The notes under the pieces are model-generated. The model saw only the letters and a list, made by a program, of their open reading frames with translations. It was not told the origin of the DNA and did not search any database. Below, in pieces: positions 26,891 to 39,000 of a stretch of DNA of 64,000 nt. The translations under genes were made by a program, and so were the position numbers. How positions within the stretch are numbered: the first letter of the stretch is position 1; each line of letters begins with the position of its first letter. This DNA comes from the human T2T-CHM13v2.0 reference genome, Homo sapiens. The stretch is taken from the NCBI RefSeq assembly GCF_009914755.1, contig NC_060925.1; one strand, given 5' to 3'.

Positions 26891-27511
26891 AAGCAAAAGG
26901 TACTATAGGTTTTTGTTTTGTTTTGCTTTTCTTCTAATTTTTAAGTGACTTGAGGATAGGAGCCACATCTTATTCATCTACAGGTTTAGCAGAGTGCCTA
27001 AGGACATAACAGATCCAATAACCATTTTCTGAATGAATGATCCTCTCCTTCCTGTTTTTATCATTAAAGTAAATTCAATGAAAATTACACTTCCAGACTT
27101 CTGGCTTAACTAAGGATTTTTTTTTTTTTTTTAATACTGTGGTTTAACCCAGAGTATATAGAAGAGAAAAAAATTCTGAAATGAGATCACTTTTCAGAAG
27201 GTCCAATTTTTTAAATGCTCCTACCATTAAGAGTTCAATATAAATTTACAATGAGCCTCACTGAGCAATTTAGGAAGCCTTGGCCTTCTGCCTTATAAGC
27301 ATTCATGATTACAAACTAAAACTTGGCCTCACCACCTAAGACATGACAGCATGATGGGAAAGACTAAAGGCTGACGTAAGTGTGAAAGAAAGAAACTCCC
27401 GTAGGTCTTGGGTTTAGGGAGCAGTATTTACACTCATTATGAGTTGGGGAAAAAGTTCCTAAAGGTAAGTATCACTTGGTAACTTAAACCGCTTGGGGGG
27501 AATCCGGGAGT

Positions 27512-27685
27512 AAATACCTTCTCAGTTTCCATAAGTGGGAACTATATTCTGCAGTAGCAGGAGTTAGTTCTGATAGATACTTCATAGTATATCCATCCCT
27601 CCAGATCCACCAACCCCCATAGTCTGATAAGTTCCTATCGGGAAAACACAGGTTACATAAAGGAGTAAAATAATCCCATTACCAT
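27512..27685 (+). repeat. Source copy of a 174-bp local duplication
   Basis: ~90% identical by manual alignment to 30551-30725. Confidence 0.95.
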
Positions 27686-28461
27686 GTAGAGAAATAAAGA
27701 TGCATCCATTTGGAAACCTCTTAGGAGATGCGCTTGCTTGAGCTGACATTTACTAACAGAGCAACATTTCTTTTTTTTCCCACTGACTAAGCCCCTTTCC
27801 TAGACAATGATCTCCTCTGGGAGAGAGTTATTAGAATTATTACTCCAGAGTGTTAGTGAAAAGGGTTCACTGAGTAGAAAGAAGAAAAGCAAAGGTTTTG
27901 CTCAGCACAGTTAAAGTTTTACCAAAGGGAAGTTCAAGTTGCATGAATGAAAAGGACAGCCTTTCACTGGGAAATAATTTCCCTGGATTGCACAAGCTAT
28001 ACCTTCAGGGAACATGAACCAGGATAATCTCTAGCCTTCTTCTCTTCAGGGAAAGAAAAGACTCAGGAAATGCTGTCTTTCTTGTCTCCACCCTAAACTA
28101 GCTGACAACTAAATACAGCTCAGGAAGCCAACAGCCAGAATCATTTTTTATTTTTGTCATCTAAGAAATTCACTAAAATATTAAAAGAGAAAAGCACTGA
28201 ATGGGGTGGTACAAAAAAGGGCCTCAGGTTCAGTTAATTTCCATTCCAGAAAACAAGCTTTGATTCTTGCATCACTTGACAAAGACTGCTTACTTCTCAA
28301 AAATGTGAGTACCGACCTGAAGACACGAAGTAATGTGTTCTAAAGACTAAACCTTAAACTAACCGGGCTCACTGGAAAAATAAATGAACAGCTGTGTTCT
28401 TTAATGTATATCTATTTTTTCATTAAAATAAACAAATAGATGAAAAATACATTAAATTTTA

Positions 28462-28793
28462 TTTTACTTATTTTATTTTATGGTTTTTTCTTTTTCTTTT
28501 TTTTTTTTTTTTTTGAGCCAGAGTCTCACTTTGTCACCCAGGCTGGAGTGCAATGGCGTGATCTTGGCTCACTGCAACAGCCCCCTTGATTCAAGCGATT
28601 CTCCTGCCTCAGCCTCCCGAGTAACTGGGATTACAGGCATGTGCCACTGTGCCTGGCTAATTTTTGTATTTTTAGTAGAGACATGGTTTCACCATGTTAG
28701 CCAGGCTGGTCTCAAACTCCTGACCTCAAGTGATCCACCCGCCTCGGCCTCCCAAAGTGCTGGGATTACAGGTGCACGCCACTGCACCTGGCC
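28462..28793 (-). mobile_element. AluS (Sx/Sz-like)
   Basis: Antisense dimer, ctcctgacctcaagtgatccacc; flanking taaatttta repeat. Confidence 0.95.
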
Positions 28794-28949
28794 TCTAAAT
28801 TTTAATATATATATTTAAAACATGAATACAATTCTAGGAAAACAAAGGCATTTTAAATTTTGAATCTTCAAATTTTGATATTAAGAAGGTAAAGATTGTG
28901 ATGTCTCCTTCCTCTCAGGAATCATCTGTAAAACAAGGAGACAAAAACA

Positions 28950-29700
28950 GAAATACATTCTCCATCTTTGATGGAAATAGGAGTCACAGGTGAACCCGAA
29001 CCATGGTATATGAAGTTGCAAAGCAGAGTGCAGGGTAGTAATTGATCAAGAGGTATACAGGAAGTGAACCATAAACACAGACCAAATGGGATATCAACAA
29101 GAAGCAGGACTCTTCTCCCCAAAATCTCGGGCATCATGGGGCATTGCATATCAGGTATTGGTGTAGGGCAGGGGCCTGTGAGGCCTGGGGCTGAAAACAA
29201 GTGGGGCTGGCTGAAACTTGGCCTCAACATCCTCCACCTACTTCCTAAAAGGCATAGCAAGCATTCTTCCTCCCTATTTTCTCTTTGTAAAAAATTAGCT
29301 AGAGAAGTTCTGATAACAGAAATAGAAGGAGCAGTGGGGTGAGGAAGAAGCAGAGGGGTGCTGTGGGACACCCTGCTGAAAACGAGAGCATTACAGGAAA
29401 GCATGTACACCCTTACCCCACTTCCCCACTGGGCTCCCAGATGCCCTTGGGCAATTGTATATCTCCAAGGCGAACACTGGAGGACCCTGCTCTGGAGAAA
29501 AAGAATGTTCTAGAGAAAAGGCACAGAGACACCGATATTTTGGGATGCCCTCAATAGCAACAACAACAATAGCAAAACTGGCTCCCTAGAAGATCACCCT
29601 GAAGTAGAAAGAACCCATTCACAGTTCCTATCTTTGCATCTAAGGATTGCTATTGTAGTGCCTCACTCTTAAATATGAATGAAACCAGCATTTGAGCGGC
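28950..29700 (+). mobile_element. Probable HAL1/ancient L1 fragment
   Basis: cctcactcttaaatatgaat..cagcatttgag and gacaccgatattttgggatgccctcaat resemble remembered HAL1 text. Confidence 0.4.
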
Positions 29701-30012
29701 TTCTTCTCTGTTATTAATAAATACACAGTCTTCCAAATCTTTAAAAAAGAAAAAGTCCTTCACTGGCCTCTACTGTTTCTTCTAGCTTTAATCCAATTTC
29801 TTTCCTTCTTCTCCCTGTCTCACTTCCTGAGGAACCTTATCTTCCATCTTCCTGAGCTCCTGGCATCTCTTTAACCCTAAGTTCTGATTTTACCACCAGC
29901 CCTCTCCACACTTTCTTATGCTCAAAGCCAGAAACTTCTTGGTTGATCTTCCTGCTTCTATGACACTCTTTCCCAGTCACCCAAGCTCAAAATGTCAGCA
30001 TCACTTTTTTAA

Positions 30013-30342
<330 letters not shown>

Positions 30343-30550
30343 TCCTATTGTTAACATCTCGCATTAGGATAGTACATTTGCCACAAATAACAAAATAATA
30401 TTGATACATTATTATTAACAAAACTCCATACTTTATTCAGATCTTCTTAATGTTTACCTATTCTTCTTCTGTTTCAGGATCCCACCGAGGATGAGGATGT
30501 CATGTTACACTGAGCTGCTGTAACTCCTTAGGCTTCTCCTGAATGTCACC

Positions 30551-30725
30551 AAATACCTTCTCAGTTTCCATAAGCGGGAACTATGTTCTGCAGTACCAGG
30601 AGTTAGTTCCGATAGCTACTTCACAGTATACCCATCCCTCCAGATCCACTAACCCACATAGTCTGATAAATTCCTAATGGGAAAACACAGGTTACGTAAA
30701 GGGGGGAAAAAAATCCCATTACCAT
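30551..30725 (+). repeat. Inserted copy of 27512-27685 inside L1MC
   Basis: Direct-orientation copy interrupting L1MC text; no poly(A) or TSD. Confidence 0.95.
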
Positions 30726-31324
30726 AGGATTTTCCTTGTTTTTGATGACCTTGATAGTTCTGGTCAGGTCTTTTGTAGAATTCCTCAACTGAGATTTGCC
30801 TGATGTTTTTTGGGATCAGACAGGGGTTGTGGGTTTTTTGGGGAGGGAGACCACAGACCTAGATGTTGTTTTCATCACATCGTATCAAGGGTGTATACTA
30901 CCAACATGACTTAATACTGTTGATGCTGACCTTGATCACCTGCTTAAGGTAGTGTTTGGCCAGCTTCTCCACTGTAAAGTTACTCTTTTCCACCCCTTAT
31001 TTTATATTGTACTTTTAGAAGGAAGTATAGCTCACACTTAGGGACTGGGGAGTCATGTTCCACCTCCTATAGGGCAGAGTATCTATAGGGATTATTTGGA
31101 ATTTTTCTCAGCATCACTTTTGACCCCTCTTTTGTCCTTCCTCCTCAATTTGTGCATTTTCCCAAAAGTAAGCAGTATGGTTAGAGCCAGCATCAGATCT
31201 TGTAATGCAAAACCCTGATTCTTTTCATTGAACCAAGAGAGAAATTTAATTATTCCTGGGACCTTAGAGCTTCCATCTTTCCTTCTTTCTTTTTTCTTTT
31301 CTTTTCTTTTTCTCTTTCTCTTCC

Positions 31325-31900
31325 TCAACACATACTTCTTGTCTGCAACCTCCCAGGCATTGTATTAGCTTTAGAAACACAACAGTAAGCCAAACAGACA
31401 CAGTCCCTGAGGGTCCAAAGGCTTGTAATAGTGCCATCCAATTTAGCTAGGGAGTCACAGAAGGCTTCCCTGAGGAGGTGAACTTTAAGATCTGAATGGT
31501 AAGTATATGAACAAATTCCACTATAAGTAAGAGAGCATTCATGATAGAGGCCCTGCATGTGCAAAGTTCTGGCATGTGAGGGAGTTTGGAGAGGAAGCAC
31601 TATAGTACAGTGAACAAGGGAAAGAGGATGAAAAAGGCCTCCAGAAAGCCAGGAAGGGCTGCCTCCTGAAAATCCTGCAAGCTACTTATGGTCATCAACA
31701 GCAGGGCAGTGTCATGACCAGACTGGAATTTTAAATAGATTGTTAGAAGGGAAGAATCTATATAGGTAGTAAGAGTGGATGTAGGATGACTGGTTAGGAG
31801 GCCTTTGCAGAAGTCCAGATTGAGGTGATTGTAGCTTGGCTCAGAGTAGGGATTGTGGTGATAGAGAAAATTGAACAGATTTGACAAATAGACTGAAATA
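31325..31900 (-). mobile_element. L2 LINE
   Basis: agtcacagaaggcttccctgaggaggtgaactttaagatctgaat, gttaggaggcctttgcag. Confidence 0.8.
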
Positions 31901-32060
31901 TGTGATCTTAGCTGAGTGAACTACACTCTCTTACCTTAGTTTCTTCATCTTTACAAGCGGGATAATAATACACCTACCTATGGAGCTGTTGTGGAGTAAT
32001 GGGTTAATATATGCAAAGCATTTAAACCACTGCTTGACTCATATTAATTGCCATTAATAA
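31900..32060 (+). mobile_element. MIR
   Basis: cttagtttcttcatctttacaagcgggataataatacacctacc. Confidence 0.8.
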
Positions 32061-33762
32061 TACCAGTTAAGTGATCATGAATAGGTATATAAATCATTGT
32101 CACAGATTTAGACCTAAATCAGCTGGAGAATCAATCCCCTCACTGACAAAATGAAGAGGCTTGGCTATACAATTTCCAAGACCTTCTCTAGCCCTAAATG
32201 GTTAATTTTCATAACCATTATTCTTTGCTAGACCAAGAAGACTATATGCTCTGATGTATGCTGTCCCCAAAGAGCCCACTCAGTAAATGTGACTTTATCT
32301 TACTTAACCTATACCATTGCAATTCCTATCAGACCCTTTCAAAAACACTGACAAAAGGGGAAGAATATTCTCTTGACTCAGGAATTCCGATAAACATAAA
32401 ATTGATTTTTCATTCCTAAACATTTCACATTCAGCAGAATTTGGTCTACTATTTCTGTTGGTTTCAGAATGGTCCTGTCTTGCTTCTTCTTCCATATTCT
32501 AAAAGTATTTCCCCAGCAAGCTTTATACATCCCAAGACACCACCCACACAACCACAATTTAAATGATGATTTTGATTCCTCAGGATAGGAGGTGACGATT
32601 ATAATCACTCAAGCAGGGAGGCACAATGAAGAGGGACCCTTGACCTCCAGGAGCTCACAATTTACCTGCTGAGGTAAGGTTAATCCATACAAAAGAAGAC
32701 TGAATATAAGAATGTAGAAGTTATGAATGGTTTCTCAATTCAGACTCTAGATGGACTGGAAAGAATGTATACGAAAGAAAATGAGGAATATGCAATGACA
32801 GAAAGAGCCAAGAACACTGGCATATATAATCACAATTAAGTTTTCATATCAGTAAAAGGTTTGCAAAATCTTACAAACCAAGGGGACAAAATTTTGCTTC
32901 TACCAATCCCAGGCACATCATACATTCATAAACACAAACTAGAAAAAGCAAAACAGAAACATTCCAGGCACTTCCACGGGACTGGGTGAATTTATCTGGA
33001 ATGATAAATGCACATGTCTCATTAGTCAGTAATTTGGGATTATCACTTATGTAGCCTTAGAACCATGTAATGTTCTTGAGGAAGGGGAGTCTCCCCCTCA
33101 AAAAAACCCCACATTTATTTGCAAATAAAAATATCCTTACTTATTGCTGTGAGGGGGAGAGGAATCTCAGCACTCAAATAAAATTATGCTAAAACAAAGA
33201 AAAGAAACAGAAGGTGCTAAATTAAGAAATGTAGACTAAAAATTCGGTTGTAAATAAGCTAACATTGCAGGTAAATTTGAACTAATAAAACAGATGATTT
33301 TACTGAAAACTTAACACCTCTCAACACAGCTGTCTGCCCAGTCAGGAAACCATTAACATATTGTCACCAATGCCCCCAGCACATTGATGATATGAATTCT
33401 AAAAACAATCCAGAACAACAAAAGGAATGAACCACCAAGGAACCAATGGCACATGGGCTTTCTCAATTGCCTTTTCATGGTGTGCCACTGTACACTGAAA
33501 AATTTGCAAAAGCAGCAAGAACACAGGCTGGACAGAAAAGGGAGGGAAGTGGTGGACAACTTTGAAAAGCAAGTACAAATATTTCAACCAACACATAAGA
33601 CCGCTTAAGAAACATCTATCCAAAATACACAGTTAATAAACAGGGATATATATAGGGGGTTGTTAAAAGGCACGAAAGCATCCCTTTAATAATGATGTCA
33701 TAATATACAGTACTGTATTTTAATAAGAAAGAAACATCATTTTCTCAAATTGAAATAACAAG

Positions 33763-33930
33763 GCAGGGGTCCTTAATTACTTTTGTGCCAGAAGCTTCTT
33801 TGAGGATCTGATGAAAGCTGGGGACTTTCTCTGAAGAAAACTGCATATGCTCATAAAATTTAGTACTCCATTTCACAGAGTTTACTAACTCCCATCTCTG
33901 CCCATTGTCAAACTCATCCCTACATGAGTT
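33763..33930. mobile_element. hAT-Charlie MITE remnant (MER117-like)
   Basis: caggggtccttaa...ctttgaggatctgatgaaagct; recalled similarity only. Confidence 0.4.
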
Positions 33931-34137
33931 CTCTGTTATCTTGTGGGTTCATGTATTAAAGGCTTATAAATCCATGAGTTTATAAAGTCCTGTGCTAAAG
34001 AAACATGCATTCCGACCTTAGGATAAGGGTTTGAAGGTATTAACATATTAACAAACTGAATAGGAATTATAAGAAACACTTCATTTAATTGATTGTGTGG
34101 TATACAATGATATTCATTCAATTTCACACCAATTCTT

Positions 34138-34971
34138 TTTTTAATGTTATTGTGTATTTTTAAGGCATACAATATGTTTTGATATACATATAGTGAAATG
34201 GTTACCATAATGGAGCAAATTAACATATCCCTCATCTCACAGTTGCCCATTTTTTATTGATTGCAAGAGCACCTAAAATCTACATTTTTAGCAAAAATTC
34301 CAAATACAATATTATTAACTGTAGTCCTCATGTTATAAATTAGATGTCTAGACTTGTTCATCCAACATATCTGCTATTTCAGAAAAAAGTTAATTGAATT
34401 TTTTTGAGATGGGATCTTGCTATGTTGTCCAGGCTGGACTCGAACCCCTGTCTTCAAGTAATCCTCTGGCCTTGGCCTCCACAGTAGCTATGGCTACAGG
34501 CATGCCAGCACTCCTAGTTCTATATCTGCCATTTTGTATCCTGTGACCTACTACTACCTACCCCATTTCCGACAACCCCCTGCCCCCTGTCCCTGTTAAC
34601 CACTGTCTTATTCTTTATCACTCTGTATTCAACTTTTCTTTTTCAAAGATTCCACATATAAGTGAGATCATCCAGTATTTACAATGGGGGCACCAATCTA
34701 CATGCTCACCAAGAGTGTACAGCGTTTCCTTTTCTGCACACCTTCGCCAACATTTCTTATCTCTTGTCTTTAAGGATAGCCATCCTAACAGGTGTGAGAT
34801 GATATGTCATTGTGGTTTCGATTTGCATCTCCCTAATGATTAGTGACGTTGAGTACCTTTTCATATACCTATTGGTCATTTTTCTGTCCTCTTTGGGAAA
34901 ATGTATATTCAGGTCCTTTACCCATTCTTTTAAAAATTGGATGGTTTTCCTGCTATTGAGTTGTATGAGTT
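34138..34971 (-). mobile_element. L1MA-type 3' end
   Basis: gattccacatataagtgagatcat, gtggtttcgatttgcatctccctaatgattagtga; TSD ACCAATTCTT at 34128-37 and 34972-81. Confidence 0.9.
34380..34521 (-). mobile_element. FLAM nested in L1MA
   Basis: Alu monomer; TSD atatctgc(t/c)attt at 34367-79 and 34522-34. Confidence 0.85.
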
Positions 34972-35169
34972 ACCAATTCTTGATAATTAGGAGTTGATTT
35001 CTACTTCAGAGGGAATCCTGCTTATCTGTTTTTCCATCTGGTTCCTATTGCATACATTTGAGGCATCCCATTACTCAAAAATACTCTGCAGATGGAAAGC
35101 AGAGAACATTTTATAAAAAGGAGAGACAAAAATGAGTTCATTGTACACTTGTTAGCTCTGGTAATCAGT

Positions 35170-35560
35170 TAGTTTGCTTATTTATTCAATCAACAAACCA
35201 TGAATACTGACTATGTGTCAGAATAATGGTTAAAAAAAGACAATGTCCCTTCCCCCAAAGAGCAAACCATCCAGTGTAGTGACTGGAGAAGCATCAAACT
35301 AGGCTGTGATGCTATGTGGAAAGCCTGAGGGGTGCTTTTTTTCTGTTTGAGGAAGTGTGGAAATTGAGCCATATGGAGGCCAAGCAAGTTTTACCCAGGG
35401 AAGAGGGAATAGCAATGCACATCTTCCCAAGAAAATGGGGCATTGGGACAAAGGAAGTGGGAGAATTGTAGTTTGGTTGGGTCAAACTGGGTATTTTTAG
35501 AAGAAGCATGGCAGTAAGAAAAGTCAAAAAAGAGAGAATTCACTGAGAAGTGTCTGATAT
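35170..35560 (-). mobile_element. L2 remnant
   Basis: tttattcaatcaacaaac...ctatgtgtcag. Confidence 0.55.
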
Positions 35561-35645
35561 TGCCAAAAGCTAGCTTAAAATATCCAATAAAAGTTGTAGT
35601 TGGAAAAGAAATAGAAATGCATGAACAAAATCAAATAACTATATT

Positions 35646-35820
35646 CAGGACCAGCTACATAATTTGTGGGGCCCAGTGCAAAGTGAAAATATCAGGCATC
35701 TTGTTGAAACATTATTCAGAATTTCAAGATGGCAACAGCAGAGTAGTAAACCAAGCACAGGGCACTTCTGAGCATGGGGCCCTGTGTGACTGCACAGGTG
35801 ACACATCCATGAATTCTGAT
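35646..35820 (+). mobile_element. MER45A (hAT-Tip100 MITE)
   Basis: caggaccagctacataatttgtggggcccagtgcaaa...gggccctgtgtgactgcacagg. Confidence 0.8.
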
Positions 35821-35899
35821 TGTATTAGACAGAAAATTTCAGATGTTTATGCCCATCCTTTACTACCCCAGTTAAATATCCCCCATTTATCAAAATGAT

Positions 35900-36030
35900 G
35901 ACCAAGAAGCACTTAATATGTGCTAAGCACCAGGCTGGGAACTTAATTCAGTTAATTTTCTCAGCAAATCTATGAGCTAGATATTAGTATCCCCACTTAT
36001 AGATTATAAAACCAAAGTTAAGAGAGGAAA
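35900..36030 (-). mobile_element. MIR
   Basis: ctatgagctagatattagtatccccacttatagat. Confidence 0.65.
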
Positions 36031-39000
36031 AGCAATACTAAAAGGAAAAGTGATTTTACATATCTTGAAGACATTCCCTCAATTTCTCATGCCATGCTGT
36101 TTTAGTGAGTGCTCAATCGTCTTTTGGTATTTTCATTTCTTTCTATGGGTTCGTGTTTGCCTGGGCCATGAAAGTCCAGATTCTGTGACATCAGCCAGGG
36201 AGTTTGGGCTCATATTAGTAAAAACTGGAGTGAGAAGGGCCACATTTCACCATTCCAATGACATTACCCCACAGTGTCCCCCAACAGCTTTCTCTGGTAA
36301 GAACGTGGGGTGGATGTGGAGGGAACGGAATGCTGGCACACTCAGAAATGTCCCTTTTCAATACAGACACAGTTCTAAGGATAAATTATACAATTAAAAT
36401 AGCACATCCACACTACACGAGTACAAAATCTATTTTAAAATAAGTTATTAAATCTTCAGAATCTACAGTAATTTCTGATTTCCCCCTGCAAACCTCCAAT
36501 TAATAGTTTCTTAAAACAAAGGCTCAGTAGTGTTCAGACTCTTGAGTGTCCCCCGCCCCATCACCAAATGCTGCTGAATAACCAACATATGACCATCAAT
36601 AAAATCCACTTTTCCCACTTACAGATGAGAATAAGAACTGCCACAATCACAACGGAATATTAATTCAACAGTAAGCACCAAAGAATCTAAATATTTACTA
36701 ATATCCCTTAGATTTTTGTCTAGACATTTTTTTAGCTTATTTGAACAGGACATTCCTCTTACATTTTGGTTGGGGGTTTTGGTGGTGTATTCAGGGCTCT
36801 CTGTCGAGCCTCTGCCTTTGGTCTTAGCTGTACTCACACAATCCCTGCAGCTCCGAGCCCTTCGTGTGATTAATAGCTCTGCCAGCCATTCCTATTTAAA
36901 AACTATTCCTACTTTATGTCTTTTTTTTACTTGATTTTCTCTGATCCTTGTTTTTCTCCCCAGTAAAAATTACCCACTGTTAAGAGTTTTATTCCCACTC
37001 CAAAGCCTTGTAACTTTATTCCACATCGTTTTGTTTTGGGGAGCTTTTGTTGAGTAGATAATAGGGCAAAGCCTACTCACATTAAACAAGTAACTGGCCA
37101 AAAGGTTCTAACACAGGTTAATCTGCCAGTACCTCTCTCCCTCCATCTGCCCTCCCTTTCCAAATCCACAATTTTAAGGCAGAATAAAAAAAAAAATATT
37201 CACACCACCAAATGGTATACCCTCTCACACCAAGCAAGCAGTACTTCCCTTGATCTGTTTCTGCACTGGAAGTGTAAGTTGCATTTTCAAAATTATTCTC
37301 TCAGCCCTGTGACAATTTAATTAATTTATTTATTTATCCAGTTTCTCAACTCTGTTTAGGTAGCAATGTCTCGTCAATATCTCATTCAGGTGTAGCATGG
37401 AAAAGCCTAACAACCCCGGGCTGGCAGCCAAGCTTACCAGTGACTGACGCTCGCTTAACTGAGCAAAGATTTGCTCTGCACAGAGTGGGGCTTGACTATA
37501 CAAGAACCAGTAGTGACAGCAAGGATGCCGGCTAGAATCCTAACAAAGCTACTTCCAACTTGTGCTCAGGCAAGTGGAACCAACACTTAAACTGAATGTT
37601 AAGGGGCTTCAATCTTGGTACTTTTAAAATTTTTTTTTCATCATTTACCTTCCGAATAAGCCCTGGGATTTTAGAGAGAAAACAGCACATTAGCACTCTT
37701 AAATCACAAATCCTTGTATCTTTTTAAAAGGCTGTTGAAGATTTATTAACTTGTAGGAGCAATCATTTAATTGCTTGCTTCTGCTACACCACACACTTTT
37801 TTTTTTTAAATGACCAAATTAAACCTGCTGCACAAATTTGTGCTTTGAAGTTCATGCAAAAGGATCATTCCTTTGAGGGAGTGATAAAAAGAATTGAAAT
37901 GCTCTCCTTTGGTACAAATGTCCACACATACCCCCCTTCCCCAACCGAGATACCTTCATATTACAGAAGCAAATCTTTCTCCTTTAAATGTTTCCAATTC
38001 ATTTTCTAAGCCAGGTCAGAATTTCATTGTCACATTTCCCTCTGCAATTTCAATGAAAGCCCATAGCATTTACAAATAGAGGAACATTGTACTTACAATT
38101 TTGGGATGTGTAATGCAGCTGTGTATCTTATGAAAAAACTGTTATGTTTATTTTTGCTGTCCTTCCTGTTCAAAGACAACACCACTCTTGGTATAGCTGA
38201 AGAAATTAGTGAGAAACAGAAAGTCCTTTCCACACCACGAACATGTGAAAACTATTCTTTGAATCGAGATGTGGTGGCAGTAAGTAGTCTGTTGTTTGAG
38301 ACTTTTGTCTCTTAGATCAAATTCAGCCCAAAGCCAACAAGATGATTTAACATCTAACCTCACTGAATTTGGTGACATGCAACTGCAGAATCAAATATTT
38401 AGACTAATTTCCTACTTCACCAATAAAAACAGTATAGACATGAATCGGTACACACACAACAGTCCCCTGATTTGCACATTTGTTGAGTTAGCTAGCAATA
38501 TTCCGATGCTGTGTGTGGATAACTAGACAGTGTCAGAGTGACAGAGACAGTGCATCTGGGTTTTTAAAGTGCTGGATGCCTCTTACTTGGAAAAGAGCTC
38601 TGTTCCATTGCATCAGACACCCAGTAACACGATACCATGAACCTATGTGAGCATCACAAGTCCAGGCGGGTCACAAGTGAAATTCCCTTCGTTGCCAATT
38701 GAGATTGACATGTGCTGTTGTCATAAATATCACACTGTCCAATTTGGTCAAATTGGTGGTCTTGAGAATAAACAAAGGTACAGTCTACAGTCTGTCAAAC
38801 TGAAAGGCATTTGCCGTGCTCAAGTGTTAGGCTTCCGCAGTGACAATTTGCTGAATCTCTGTCTGTTAGAACACTGTTTTGTAATTGGAAAAAAAAAAAA
38901 AAGGATTTTTTTTAACCTTTAGGTGTTCGGTTTTGTTTTGGCTTTGTTTATTTGTTTTTGTTTCAGTCTGTTTGTCAAGGCATTTAAGCCCAGAATACTA

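Noticed and set aside
28922-29410. 162-aa minus-strand ORF
   Set aside because: Overlaps a probable ancient LINE/HAL1 fragment; no recognisable domain or splice support
32304-32495. Protein-looking ORF MEEEARQDHSE...
   Set aside because: 63 aa, stops just before the nearby donor-like motif, no recognised homology
33705-33718. 14-bp palindrome ATACAGTACTGTAT resembling the miR-101 5' end
   Set aside because: Several such palindromes are expected by chance in 64 kb; no precursor hairpin or full mature match
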